The notes: generated by a model from the letters alone, not told the origin. 64,000 nt of DNA from an uncultured bacterium (GCA_963759805.1 CAVXAT010000001.1:1-64000), one strand, 5' to 3'; numbered from the stretch's first letter, positions 30,767 to 41,144 are shown. Made by a program: numbers and translations.

Positions 30767-30970
30767 TTAATCCATGGATCCTGAAACAAGTTCAGGATGA
30801 CAAAAACACTCCTAAAATCACTTGCTACGATCTGCCCCCTCATGAAAAAACTGTAATAGACTTCTTCCGAAAACAAACAAGTCCCCCAAGCCCGCTCGTG
30901 GTGAGCTTGTCGAACCATCGCCCGTCTTGTCCGCCGTAGTTTTAACGAAGGCGGAAGGGCGGCGGGCAGA
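30767..30970. repeat. Intergenic cluster of family C, B and A palindromes
   Basis: ggatcctgaaacaagttcaggatgac, cgctcgtggtgagcttgtcgaaccatc and ccgccgtagttttaacgaaggcgg. Confidence 0.8.
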
Positions 30971-31034
30971 GTTTTCAGAAGAGATCCAATGATTATTTAT
31001 GTGTGGGTACTTAAAAATATTCATGCTAAAAATT

Positions 31035-32120
31035 TCATGTTTTTGATAAAGATAATAGATATTTTTGGATAAACGGCATTATTTCGCCATCCAGAACCTT
31101 TTCAGGCTGAGGCGATTCCAGATCGGTTCTGTGGTCTTTGACCATTTTATACGGGTGTAATACATAAGATCTGATTTGGGAGCCCCATTCAATTTTTTTC
31201 TTTTCAACGCTGTCTGCCTTTGCTCGTTTTTCTTCTTCCTGCTTTTCCACTAATTTTGCACGCAACATCTTCATTGCCGTTTGCCTATTTTGTACTTGTG
31301 ATCGTTCAATTTGGCATTGCACCACTATCCCGGAAGGCAGGTGTGTAATTCTGATTGCAGATTCTGTTTTATTAACATGCTGACCGCCCGCACCACCGGA
31401 ACGATACGTATCAACTCTTAGATCGTCATCTTTAATTTCGATTGCTGCGTCCTCAACTTCAGGGGTTACGCTGACGGCGGCAAAAGATGTGTGGCGACGC
31501 TTATTCGCATCAAATGGTGAAATTCTGACTAATCTGTGGACTCCGGCTTCGGCTTTTAAAAAACCGTAGGCATTTTTGCCTTTGACATAGAGAGTGCATG
31601 ATTTTATGCCGGCCTCTTCCCCTGGTTGATAATCAAGCGTTTCGACTTTGAACCCTTCACGTTCGCAAAAGCGTAAATACATGCGCACCAGCATGCTCGC
31701 CCAGTCTTGGGATTCTGTTCCGCCGGCTCCCGAATTGATACTCAGGTAACAGGGCTTTGCATCTTCAGGACTGTTTAACAAAAGTTCTATTTTAAATTTT
31801 GAAATTTTACGACACAGTGAGAAGACGTCTTCGCTCAAACTTGCCAACTGCTCTTCGTTATCGCTGAACATCTCAATTAGTTCGATGTTCTCTTGATAGC
31901 TTTTAAAAATATCTTCATACCCATCAACAAGTGGTTTTAACTTACGTTGCTCTTCTAATATTTTTTCTTTATCCGGATTTTGCCAAAAATTTTCTTCATT
32001 AATTTTTTCATTAAGTTCTTTGAATTTATCCTCGATTTTGGATTGAATCCAAAAAGACTTAATTGTATTGATATCCGGCTCGATACTTTTTAAAGTTTCT
32101 CGTAAATCGTCAATTAACAT
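31035..32120 (-). CDS. prfB: Peptide chain release factor 2
   Basis: SPF motif (RISPFD), GGQ and WGSQIRSY. Confidence 0.96.
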   Translation of the reverse strand: MLIDDLRETLKSIEPDINTIKSFWIQSKIEDKFKELNEKINEENFWQNPDKEKILEEQRKLKPLVDGYEDIFKSYQENIELIEMFSDNEEQLASLSEDVFSLCRKISKFKIELLLNSPEDAKPCYLSINSGAGGTESQDWASMLVRMYLRFCEREGFKVETLDYQPGEEAGIKSCTLYVKGKNAYGFLKAEAGVHRLVRISPFDANKRRHTSFAAVSVTPEVEDAAIEIKDDDLRVDTYRSGGAGGQHVNKTESAIRITHLPSGIVVQCQIERSQVQNRQTAMKMLRAKLVEKQEEEKRAKADSVEKKKIEWGSQIRSYVLHPYKMVKDHRTDLESPQPEKVLDGEIMPFIQKYLLSLSKT

Positions 32121-32179
32121 GGTTTTTTTACTCTATTTCTAAAAAATAATTAAAAAATAATTTACTCAGGCAAACCTGT

Positions 32180-33367
32180 TCAGGCAAGTCTTGCAATGCA
32201 CTGTTCAATGTTCGAACTACGTTCAAGTGGTGTCGGATGGGTAATATGATTGTAAAGCTGATTGGTATAATGTTCGATAAATTCATATTTTTGGCTTATC
32301 TCGCGTTCCTCTTCCTCCCCCATGTACTCTGCTAAATTTGAACAAGCCTTGTGCATTTTTTCATAAATGCGAAAGAACTCTTTTTCCGTCATACCCATTT
32401 TAGGATCTAATGAATATGTCAGAGCGTCTTGAAAGACTTTATTAACAACATGCCCAAATTTTTTATGTGTAGAGCAGACTCCCAGATCTCCCAGTTCGGG
32501 CATTTCATTTACCATAGAGTTTACGATAATTCTGATAACCTGGTGTGCATCCCCAAGATTTAATCTCAAAAGATCTGCATTTCCAGTTAAAATGTTATAC
32601 ATGTGACCTGCCAGAGTAACCATGTCAATTGCCTGAGTCAAATTTTTGGCATCCGTTTTGCCCAGAAATTCTACAGCTTTTGAATCTGCAAAATATTCAC
32701 ATTTTTTTGACTCCTGTTTATCTGTGTCGCACATGTGACCTATCTCATGTCCAATAATTGCGGCCAAAAGCTTATTTCCGTAGTTTTTCCACAAAAGAAG
32801 TTTTATTAGACCCTCGCCAAGAACAAGTTTATGTTTTTGCTCAATGTGTTTATCAACAATGGTTTCAACTTGACGCTTGTAAGTCCTGGTGGTGGTTTTA
32901 GTGTGAGTTATTGTTGCAGTGTTAGCACTTGCATTGTAAATGGTGCTATCGCTGCCAACGTACAAAACGAGTTTTGGCATTTCGATTTTTGCGTTTTGCA
33001 CAAATTTTTTAACAATATCTTTTACTGTTCTGTAAAGAGTTGGGCTACACGATTGATACTCATCAAGACTAATCTCATTAAGACTAGTTTGTGTTGCGGA
33101 TTTCTTAAGATTTGCGATTTCGCATTCGATTGTTTGATAGGAGTTGTTTGTTGGCTTTAATTCAATTGTGGCTTGAACCAAAGCGCTATAGGTCAAGCAG
33201 GCGGACTGATCTACAAGAATTTGATCTACAGTATGTTGTTGTGCAAATAAGTTGCCGCTCAGCAGGCAAAGGCTTGCCAAGCCTAGACCAAAACCGTGTG
33301 TAAAAACGAGTTTAAAAATCAGAGATTTAGAGTCAAAAATTACGTTTTTCATTTTTATATACCCCAT
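32180..33367 (-). CDS. Secreted M48-like zinc metalloprotease
   Basis: GHEIGH, EYFAD and THP...ER motifs plus a signal-like N-terminus. Confidence 0.7.
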   Translation of the reverse strand: MGYIKMKNVIFDSKSLIFKLVFTHGFGLGLASLCLLSGNLFAQQHTVDQILVDQSACLTYSALVQATIELKPTNNSYQTIECEIANLKKSATQTSLNEISLDEYQSCSPTLYRTVKDIVKKFVQNAKIEMPKLVLYVGSDSTIYNASANTATITHTKTTTRTYKRQVETIVDKHIEQKHKLVLGEGLIKLLLWKNYGNKLLAAIIGHEIGHMCDTDKQESKKCEYFADSKAVEFLGKTDAKNLTQAIDMVTLAGHMYNILTGNADLLRLNLGDAHQVIRIIVNSMVNEMPELGDLGVCSTHKKFGHVVNKVFQDALTYSLDPKMGMTEKEFFRIYEKMHKACSNLAEYMGEEEEREISQKYEFIEHYTNQLYNHITHPTPLERSSNIEQCIARLA

Positions 33368-33484
33368 TTTTTATAATTTTAACGATAAATCAAATTAAAA
33401 ACCAGTTAAGTATATTAAAACATATAAAATCCTAATTGTCAATTTGCAAGCTTATGTCTATTTTTTAATAATTATTAACTATGG

Positions 33485-33518
33485 AAAAGCCCTCTGTGTT
33501 AAATTCAGAGGGCTTTTA
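33485..33518. terminator. Terminator hairpin
   Basis: aaaagccctctg / cagagggctttt. Confidence 0.65.
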
Positions 33519-33553
33519 AATCTAAAAAATCAGTTTGTTAAAAGAACGCCTAA

Positions 33554-34402
33554 TCAATTAAGCTTTGGCCTTTGTCCTTTTCTACCCAATGCCCTAGATA
33601 AATCTTTTGCGACACGTTTTACAGAAAGATCTTCATTTTTAAAGCCATCAATTGCAGCTTTTTTGGCTTCTTCGAATCCTTGTCCTTTTTCAACCAATGC
33701 ATTAAATAAAATTAATGCATAGCATTTTCCATTACTATCTTCATTTTTCATACAATCAACGGCGGCTTTTATGGCTTTTTCAAATCCTTGTCCTTTTTTA
33801 ACCAATGCATTAAATAAAAATAATGCTATATATCTTACGGCACTATCTTCATTTTTCATACAATCAACGGCGGCTTTTATGGCTTCTTCGAATCCTTGTC
33901 CTTTTTCAACCAATTCCATAAATAAAATTAATGCGTCATGTTTTCCATTACTATCTTCATTTTTCATACAATCAACGGCGGCTTTTATGGCTTCTTCAAA
34001 TCCTTGTCCTTTTTCAACCAATTCACTAAATAAAAATAATGCTATATGTCTTACGGTACTATCTTCATTTTTCATACAATCAACGGCAGCTTTTATAGCT
34101 TCTTTAAATCCTTGTCCTTTTTCAACCAATTCCCTAAATAAATTTAATGTTTTTTGTTTTACATAAAGATCTTCATTTTTAATGCCATCAACAGCAACCT
34201 TTATGGCTTGTTCAAAGTCTTGTTCTGTTTCCAATTCATCTGTTTCCAATTCAACAGCTTTAACGGCAACTTTAATTCTTTTTTCCAAACTTTGTTTTTC
34301 TCCTACTGCATTGTCGCAACACAAAACAGCTGCAAAATTTTGTGATACAAAAAGAGCAGTAATAACAATTAAAGCTCTAACCTTATTTCTAAACATTTCC
34401 AT
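33554..34402 (-). CDS. Secreted HEAT-like repeat protein with 36-aa repeats
   Basis: About five to six 108-bp tandem repeats (LVEKGQGFEEAIKAAVDCMKNEDS). Signal peptide from MEMFRNK. Confidence 0.8.
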   Translation of the reverse strand: MEMFRNKVRALIVITALFVSQNFAAVLCCDNAVGEKQSLEKRIKVAVKAVELETDELETEQDFEQAIKVAVDGIKNEDLYVKQKTLNLFRELVEKGQGFKEAIKAAVDCMKNEDSTVRHIALFLFSELVEKGQGFEEAIKAAVDCMKNEDSNGKHDALILFMELVEKGQGFEEAIKAAVDCMKNEDSAVRYIALFLFNALVKKGQGFEKAIKAAVDCMKNEDSNGKCYALILFNALVEKGQGFEEAKKAAIDGFKNEDLSVKRVAKDLSRALGRKGQRPKLN

Positions 34403-34757
34403 GGTCTGCCTCCTAAATAAAATAATAAACAATAGACTTAACGCTTCCATTTCACTAATAATCTTACATGGCGACATATGAAATAGCAAACGGGTGGTAG
34501 GTCAAAACAGCTTGTTTGGTTCTTTATTTACTATCTGGCAAATTGAAAAAAACAAGTCAAATTTTTACGAATGTTATTAATTAAAAAATTTAATGCTATA
34601 AATAATGCTATGAATTAGGATGGTTTAACCACAAGAGTCAAAGAAAGCTGGAATTCTTTCGTTTTATTTATTAAAATATAATTATCGACGTATTTTGGGG
34701 TGTAGTTATAAAAACTTAATTTTTATTAAAAATTAACCATATTAAGGTGTGATAGAT

Positions 34758-36614
34758 ATGAAAAAAAATCTAAGAGGTGGTGGTTTTTCAAACCGTGGTC
34801 CTAATGCAATTTGGATCTTACTGTTTTTTATCGGAATGGGGGTATTGTACCTGTTTTATTATAACAACTCTAATCGAGATGTTGAGATTCTTACTTACAG
34901 TAAATTATTGAGCGCTGTTGAGCAACAAAAAGTGGCATCCGTTGCAGTTCAGGATCAGCTGGCTAGTGGAAAATTCAAAGATGGCAAACAATTTAAATCA
35001 TATGTTGCTCCAACTGAAAAATTTTGGGATGTACTCAAGTCCAATAATGTTGATGTTGAGGTTTATCCTGAGGAGAAGACCTCTTGGGGCATTTATATAT
35101 TTTTAATGCTTTTGCCTTTCTTAATATTGATATTCTTCTTCTATATGCGACAGAATCAAGGTGGCGGTGGTGGAGGAGCAGGTAAAATTTTTAATGTTGG
35201 AAAAAGCAAAGCTAAATTTTTCTCGCCCAATACAATTACCGTGACATTCAAAGATGTTGCGGGTGTAACCGAGGCAAAAGAGGATCTTTTAGATATAATT
35301 GATTTCTTAAAAAGTCCTGCAAAATTTGAAGCGATTGGAGCAAAGATTCCTCGTGGCATCCTGTTAACAGGAGCGCCTGGAAACGGAAAAACTTTGCTTG
35401 CAAAAGCTGTTGCCGGTGAGGCAAATTGTCCATTTTTCAGCATCAGTGGATCTGATTTTGTGGAGGTGTTTGTGGGCGTTGGAGCATCCAGAGTTCGAGA
35501 TTTATTCGCGCAAGCTCGTAAGCACAGCCCTTGTATCCTATTTATTGACGAAATAGATGCTGTAGGTCGTCAAAGAGGTATTGGACTTGGTGGTGGGAAT
35601 GACGAGCGCGAACAGACCCTTAACCAGTTATTATCCGAAATGGACGGTTTTGTAACAGAACCTGGGGCAATTATAGTGTTAGCCGCAACCAATCGGCCGG
35701 ATGTGCTGGATAAAGCATTGCTTCGTCCAGGCCGATTTGACAGAATAATTGAGGTTCCATATCCGGATTTAACGAGCAGAGAAGCTATTCTTAAGGTTCA
35801 CTCACGCAAGGTCAAGCTTGATCCGGAAGTTGATCTGAATAAGATTGCTCGTGGTACACCAGGTTTTAGTGGAGCCGATTTGGAAAATTTGATTAATGAG
35901 GGGGCTTTGTTAGCCTCTAAAAACGGTGAACTTTGTGTAAAAAATGAGCATTTTGAGATAGCAAGAGATAAAATTATGCTTGGATCGGAGCGTAAGACTC
36001 TTATTTTAACGGACAAAGATAAGCAGTTAACGGCTTACCATGAAGCCGGGCATACACTTCTGAATATACTATTGCCAAGTACCGATCCATTTCATAAGGT
36101 AACGATTATTCCTCGTGGTAGGTCGCTGGGCGTCTCTTGGTCTTTGCCTGAAAGGGACCAGCATTCCAGAAGTAGGAGTGAGATGCTGGCTAAGATAACA
36201 ATATGCATGGGCGGATTGATAGTTGAGAAGATGAAATTTGATGAACAAACGACGGGTGCATCAAATGATATTGAAAAGGCTACGGACATCGCCAGAGATA
36301 TGGTGTGCCGTTATGGAATGTCTGATTTAGGGCCAATTGATTATAACTATAATATTGAACATCCTTATCTTGGACGGGATATTCAAAATCACAGAGAATT
36401 CTCTGAAAAAACTGCTGAAAGAATTGATTCTGAAGTTGCAAAAATCATAGCTTCTTGCCATGAAAACGGCAAAAAGCTTTTAACTGAGAATATTGATAAA
36501 TTGGAGATTTTGGCTAGTAAGTTGATTGAGAAAGAGACGCTGCAGGCCAAAGAGATTTACGAACTTTTAAATATTGAACCAAGAGAGCTGTACTCATTTA
36601 AGCCAAACGAGTAA
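34758..36614 (+). CDS. ftsH: ATP-dependent zinc metalloprotease FtsH
   Basis: Two TM segments, GAPGNGKT, FIDEID, LLRPGRFDR and HEAGH. Confidence 0.97.
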   Translation: MKKNLRGGGFSNRGPNAIWILLFFIGMGVLYLFYYNNSNRDVEILTYSKLLSAVEQQKVASVAVQDQLASGKFKDGKQFKSYVAPTEKFWDVLKSNNVDVEVYPEEKTSWGIYIFLMLLPFLILIFFFYMRQNQGGGGGGAGKIFNVGKSKAKFFSPNTITVTFKDVAGVTEAKEDLLDIIDFLKSPAKFEAIGAKIPRGILLTGAPGNGKTLLAKAVAGEANCPFFSISGSDFVEVFVGVGASRVRDLFAQARKHSPCILFIDEIDAVGRQRGIGLGGGNDEREQTLNQLLSEMDGFVTEPGAIIVLAATNRPDVLDKALLRPGRFDRIIEVPYPDLTSREAILKVHSRKVKLDPEVDLNKIARGTPGFSGADLENLINEGALLASKNGELCVKNEHFEIARDKIMLGSERKTLILTDKDKQLTAYHEAGHTLLNILLPSTDPFHKVTIIPRGRSLGVSWSLPERDQHSRSRSEMLAKITICMGGLIVEKMKFDEQTTGASNDIEKATDIARDMVCRYGMSDLGPIDYNYNIEHPYLGRDIQNHREFSEKTAERIDSEVAKIIASCHENGKKLLTENIDKLEILASKLIEKETLQAKEIYELLNIEPRELYSFKPNE

Positions 36615-36742
36615 AAGTAAATTAGTGAAAGTGTTGCTCAAGTTATAAATATTAAGTCCATAATTTAAAAAACTTCAAAAAATATGGACTTATGCTAAAA
36701 TAGAATTACATTAAGATTTAGTTTTGCGAAAGGACTTTGTAA

Positions 36743-36940
36743 ATGGCAAATATATGTGCAATATGTGACAAACGACCACAGGTTGGGAATTTTGTAAGTA
36801 ACGCAAATAATAAGACAAAGCGTTGGATCTATCCAAACGTCCACGTGATCCGTTTCAGATTAAAAGGCCAAACTGGCGTGTACAGAGATGCTGTATGCAC
36901 AAAGTGCCTAAAAGCTGGTAAAATTGAAAAAGTTGTTTAA
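36743..36940 (+). CDS. rpmB: 50S ribosomal protein L28 (Zn-binding type)
   Basis: CAICDK...GNFVSNANNKTKR..PN...VCTKCLK. Confidence 0.93.
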   Translation: MANICAICDKRPQVGNFVSNANNKTKRWIYPNVHVIRFRLKGQTGVYRDAVCTKCLKAGKIEKVV

Positions 36941-36968
36941 TTGATTTAACATTCAGGGATTATTAGAA

Positions 36969-37238
36969 ATGGCAAATATTAAATCTGCAAAAAAGAGAGC
37001 AAGGCAGACTATTAAAAAAGAGAAAGTGAATCAAGCTAGGCTTTCTGAGATCAAAACATATGCAAAAAATATTTTGAAAGCACTTGAAGAGAAAGACGTT
37101 GAAACTGCAAAGCGTCTATTTAAAGTTGCTGAAACTAAGATTGCAAGAGCAAAGGGTAAGGGAACATTAAAGGCAAATACAGCGGCTCGAAAAATTAGCA
37201 GACTATCAAAAAAGGTTTTTGCCACAGCTGAAGTTTAG
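36969..37238 (+). CDS. rpsT: 30S ribosomal protein S20
   Basis: MANIKSAKKR...NTAARKISRL. Confidence 0.95.
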   Translation: MANIKSAKKRARQTIKKEKVNQARLSEIKTYAKNILKALEEKDVETAKRLFKVAETKIARAKGKGTLKANTAARKISRLSKKVFATAEV

Positions 37239-37289
37239 TGAATTCTTGTAAAAAGTATGTGTCACTTTCAGAAAAGTGAGGGATAGGGT

Positions 37290-37883
37290 ATGATGAAGTC
37301 GAGTGAGTTGGTTTTGATCGTTGAAACGGTTGAAGAAGGTGTAAAATTTTATACCGAGAAGCTAGGTTTCGATATTATTGATCTCCAGGAAAGTTCTGAG
37401 AATGGAAGGCATTTGGTCTCGGCGCGCCTTCACAAAGGAAAGTGTATAATTATACTGCGAGCGCCACTTGTCGAAGAACTTGCGGCTTTCAGTTTTATTA
37501 AACGCTGCGTAAATCGCTGTACCGGTCTTTATATTGAAATGAAAAAAGGGCTTGAAAAGTATTATCAACGTTGCATCAAAAGGGGTATTAAGGTTGTCGG
37601 AGAGTTAAAAAAATCAGAACATGGGAATCTAGAATTTTCAATTAGGGATCCATTCGGAACGATGCTTACTTTTGCTGAACCAGTTGCCAAAGATGCTGCT
37701 AAATCTTTTGATATTCTTGGTATGGCAGTTGATAAAAATGCATTGAAAGCTAAAAATGCTGCATACATCAAGACAACATCTGATCAGATTATCAGTAATT
37801 TAAAAGAACTTGGAATTCTACGTCGCGCAGCTAAGAAGTTTGCAAAAGCAAAGCTTAAAGAACTTTCAAAAACACTGAAGTAA
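37290..37883 (+). CDS. VOC/glyoxalase-family protein
   Basis: FYTEKLGF and EFSIRDPFG motifs. Confidence 0.75.
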   Translation: MMKSSELVLIVETVEEGVKFYTEKLGFDIIDLQESSENGRHLVSARLHKGKCIIILRAPLVEELAAFSFIKRCVNRCTGLYIEMKKGLEKYYQRCIKRGIKVVGELKKSEHGNLEFSIRDPFGTMLTFAEPVAKDAAKSFDILGMAVDKNALKAKNAAYIKTTSDQIISNLKELGILRRAAKKFAKAKLKELSKTLK

Positions 37884-37891
37884 TTCCGTTG

Positions 37892-37918
37892 TGTCATGCT
37901 GAATTTATTTCAGCATCC
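37892..37918. repeat. Family C palindrome
   Basis: tgtcatgctgaatttatttcagcatcc shows a compensatory stem change relative to other copies. Confidence 0.7.
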
Positions 37919-37944
37919 ATAATAGATTTATTCCGATCAAAATT

Positions 37945-37972
37945 GGGGCGAACATAGTTTCGCCCTTTTTTA
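37945..37972. terminator. Intrinsic terminator
   Basis: ggggcgaa / ttcgcccc-like hairpin followed by a T-run. Confidence 0.65.
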
Positions 37973-37978
37973 GTGTCT

Positions 37979-38491
37979 TTAAATTTTACTAAACCCATCA
38001 CGAAGCATTTTATAAACTTTTTTTATATCAGAGCTCAGAATCTTTACATTTCCAATTGTTTCACAAAAATTGGTGTCCCCTATCCAACGAGGAAGGATGT
38101 GAACATGAAGGTGTGATGGAATTCCACCGCCACCGGCAATTCCCATATTGATTCCAATGTTGAAACCCTTTGCTTTCAAAGCATTTTCAAGAACTGTTGT
38201 TGCAACAGATGTTACTTCAAAAATCTCAGATCTCGCTTTTTTGCTGACATTTCTGATGTTACCTTCATGCTCATTTGGTAAAACCATCAAATGCCCAACA
38301 TTGTATGGGAACATGTTCATCATTATAAAACAGTTATCAAAACGTTTCAAAATTAAATATTTTTCATCTTGATTTAATGTAAGTTGATGACAAAAAACGC
38401 AGTTGTTTGGGAATTTATTTTTATCTTTGTTTTCGCGATTGTCATTTATGTAATCATGCCGCCATGGGGCATACAAAAGATCTCTTTTCAC
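37979..38491 (-). CDS. HIT-family hydrolase (Ap4A phosphorylase-like)
   Basis: LYAPWR, CVFC, FPYNVGHLMV and HLHVHILPRW motifs. Confidence 0.9.
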   Translation of the reverse strand: MKRDLLYAPWRHDYINDNRENKDKNKFPNNCVFCHQLTLNQDEKYLILKRFDNCFIMMNMFPYNVGHLMVLPNEHEGNIRNVSKKARSEIFEVTSVATTVLENALKAKGFNIGINMGIAGGGGIPSHLHVHILPRWIGDTNFCETIGNVKILSSDIKKVYKMLRDGFSKI

Positions 38492-38678
38492 AATAATCTC
38501 CTAAAATATTTGATTTTCGATGGCTTAAGAATAAACAAATGAGCATCGAATTTCAATAAACAGCAAAACTCTATATTTTTAGATAATAACTGTTGGGAAT
38601 TCTTGCCAAAATTCTTGACGTTCTAGGTACATCTGGTAGCCTATTGCTAGATGTTTTCATTGAAATAATAAAATTTGT

Positions 38679-38762
38679 GCCGAAGTGGCGGAACTGGCAG
38701 ACGCACGGGACTCAAAATCCCGCGGTAGCAATATCGTGTCGGTTCGACTCCGACCTTCGGCA
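38679..38762 (+). tRNA. tRNA-Leu (CAA), CCA not encoded
   Basis: gccgaagtggcggaactggcagacgc...cggga ctCAAaa tcccg...ggttcgactccgaccttcggca with a long variable arm. Confidence 0.95.
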
Positions 38763-38832
38763 CTCTCCTACGCCCTTCCCCCTTCGCTCAGGTAGCTATG
38801 GGGGACAAGACGTGGCTACGAAGAGCAGGCCA
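38763..38832. repeat. Nested family A palindromes directly after tRNA-Leu
   Basis: ctctcctacgcc..[ccccttcgct..agctatggggg]..ggctacgaagagcaggcca. Confidence 0.7.
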
Positions 38833-38865
38833 TCCTTCTTAAATGGGTGTCAAAAGGGTTTTTCT

Positions 38866-39216
38866 ATGTTAGATTCTTCATGTATCTTCTGTAAAATTAT
38901 TCAAGGCTCTATTCCCAGTGTTGTTGTAAAAGAGAATGAGTATATCACGGTGATTAAGAATATTGCTCCAAAAGCGCCTGTGCACTACCTAATCATACCC
39001 AAAAAGCATCTTGCTGATGTTGCAGCGCTAACAGATTCAGATAAAGAATTTGGCTGGCAGATGTTAAAAATTGCAGCCGAGATTTCAAAAGACGAAAAGC
39101 TACAAGGTTTTAATCTTGTAGCAAACAACGGGCATGCAGCAGGTCAAAGCGTGTTTCACTTACATTTTCATTTTATTTCCGGTAAAAATCTTTATTCAGG
39201 TGGATTTACATTGTGA
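38866..39216 (+). CDS. HIT-family (HinT-like) protein
   Basis: CIFCKII, APKAPVHYLIIPKKH and GQSVFHLHFH. True start is ATG 38866. Confidence 0.9.
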   Translation: MLDSSCIFCKIIQGSIPSVVVKENEYITVIKNIAPKAPVHYLIIPKKHLADVAALTDSDKEFGWQMLKIAAEISKDEKLQGFNLVANNGHAAGQSVFHLHFHFISGKNLYSGGFTL

Positions 39217-40166
39217 AGAAATTTAGTTTTAAGAAAAAATTTTGGGTAACTGTTGCCATTTTAACCACAATATCTTTTATAATTGTTGGTCTTTCATACC
39301 ACATAATGCACATGCTTTTGTACACAAGTGATAGCATTTTCTATGGTAAAAAACAGTCTGTTCTTGCTCAAGAGGTTCGGGAAGAGCTTTACAAACTTAA
39401 TGAGATTCAAAACGTAAAATTCAAATCAGCTGATAATCTAACCCTTACCGGGATAATTATAAAAAGACCTAAAGCAAAGGCTAATTTGCTGCTATGCCAT
39501 GGTTACAGATCAAGCAAAGAGTTCATGTACGGTTTTATAGATTTATTTCCGGATTTTAACATGCTGTTGTTCGATTTTAGGGCGCATGGACAAAGCGAAG
39601 GCAAAATGATTTCTATTGGATGCCATGAATACAAAGATGTTTTTGCAGCTGCCGAATTTATGAAGAAATCCATGCTTGAACAGGATGGTGTTACATTGCC
39701 ATTTATAATTCTAGGCATTTCGATGGGAGCGGCTTCTGGCATTAAAGCAGCAAGCTTAGATCCTAACCTCTGTGATGCTTTGATCATTGATTCAACATTT
39801 TCGAATTTGCACAGTATCATGATTAAAGGTTTTGCGATTAAGTCAGGGCTCCCTTATTATCCATTTTTCCCAATTATTCGGTACTTCTTTGAAAGCGCAG
39901 CGGATTGCAAGATTTGCGAAATGAATCCCGTAAAATGCATTGAAAAAATTACAAAACCTATTCTTTTTATTCATTCATGTAACGATAATTTTATCTCGCC
40001 TAAACATGGTTTACGTCTTTACGAACATGCAGGACTTTCTCGGTATGCAAGGCTTTGGATTGGACCAAAGTGTCGGCATGGTTGGTTGCATTCTTATTAT
40101 TCAGATATTTATAAGAAAAAGGTTAACGGTTTCTTGCGCAAAGCAATTAATCTAGACGTTAAATAA
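39213..40166 (+). CDS. Alpha/beta hydrolase, membrane-anchored
   Basis: CHGY, DFRAHGQSEG, GISMG nucleophile elbow and PILFIH. Confidence 0.9.
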   Translation: MKKFSFKKKFWVTVAILTTISFIIVGLSYHIMHMLLYTSDSIFYGKKQSVLAQEVREELYKLNEIQNVKFKSADNLTLTGIIIKRPKAKANLLLCHGYRSSKEFMYGFIDLFPDFNMLLFDFRAHGQSEGKMISIGCHEYKDVFAAAEFMKKSMLEQDGVTLPFIILGISMGAASGIKAASLDPNLCDALIIDSTFSNLHSIMIKGFAIKSGLPYYPFFPIIRYFFESAADCKICEMNPVKCIEKITKPILFIHSCNDNFISPKHGLRLYEHAGLSRYARLWIGPKCRHGWLHSYYSDIYKKKVNGFLRKAINLDVK

Positions 40167-40178
40167 AGAGGCTTTCAA

Positions 40179-41099
40179 ATGGTGTACGATGTTGCTGTCA
40201 TAGGATCAGGTCCTGCTGGGCTTACTGCTGGAATTTACATGTCACGAGCAAAACTTAATACTATCATTTTTGAGGGCACACAGCCCGGTGGACAGCTGAC
40301 TACGACGACTATGGTTGAAAACTGGCCGGGCAATGTCTCAATCGATGGGCCAGATTTGATGATGCAGATGCGCAATCATGCGCAGCATTACGGTTGTAAG
40401 CTTGAAATGAATCAAATTATCAAAGTTGATTTTGAAAATAAGTCTTATGTGCTACATCTTGATAATGGGCAAACAGTTCAGGCAAATAGTGTGATTATTG
40501 CAACAGGAGCGGCTCACAGACAGCTTGGTTGTCCGGGAGAAAAGGAGTATTTTTCCAAAGGCGTGTCGGTTTGTGCAACATGTGATGCCCCATTTTTTAA
40601 AGATAAGCATGTGGTAGTTGTCGGTGGTGGGGACTCAGCCGTTACGGAAGCCGAACATCTGACGCATTTTACAAAAAAGCTCACGCTTGTTCATATTCTT
40701 GATCAATTAACGGCAAAAGATCCAATTAAATACAAAGTGATGGAAAATCCAAATGTTGATATAATCTACAGTTCTGCCGTAAAAGAGATTAAAGGCGATG
40801 GCCATAAGATGACATCTGTCATTATTGAAAATCAAAAAGATAAATCATTAAAAGAAATTAGTGCTGATGGGCTTTTTGTTGCAATTGGCATGAGCCCAAA
40901 TACTGCTATCTTTAAAGATCAGATAGAGTTAGATAAATATGGGTATGTAGTTGTAAAAGACAACACCAAAACAAGCAAAGAGGGTGTATTCGTTGCCGGA
41001 GATGCTGCTGATTACAGATACCGTCAGGCGATAACGGCTGCCGGGACCGGATGTATGGCGGCGCTTGATTGCCAGGCATACTTAAGTAGGCTAAAATAA
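40179..41099 (+). CDS. trxB: Thioredoxin-disulfide reductase
   Basis: GSGPAG, CATCD, GGGDSA and RQAITAAG motifs. Confidence 0.96.
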   Translation: MVYDVAVIGSGPAGLTAGIYMSRAKLNTIIFEGTQPGGQLTTTTMVENWPGNVSIDGPDLMMQMRNHAQHYGCKLEMNQIIKVDFENKSYVLHLDNGQTVQANSVIIATGAAHRQLGCPGEKEYFSKGVSVCATCDAPFFKDKHVVVVGGGDSAVTEAEHLTHFTKKLTLVHILDQLTAKDPIKYKVMENPNVDIIYSSAVKEIKGDGHKMTSVIIENQKDKSLKEISADGLFVAIGMSPNTAIFKDQIELDKYGYVVVKDNTKTSKEGVFVAGDAADYRYRQAITAAGTGCMAALDCQAYLSRLK

Positions 41100-41144
41100 G
41101 GACAAGGCTTATCACCTCCCCCCTTTGTCATCCTGAACTTGATT

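Noticed and set aside
30721..31024. Two short ORFs between tilS and prfB
   Set aside because: They consist largely of translated palindromic repeats (GDGSTSSPRA, VILNLFQDP) with no support as genes.
33600..34230. Regularly spaced repeats as a possible CRISPR array
   Set aside because: In-frame 108-bp coding repeats with no unique spacers and no cas genes.
38593..38865. N-terminal extension of the HIT ORF
   Set aside because: It runs through tRNA-Leu and repeats. The HIT domain begins at ATG 38866.
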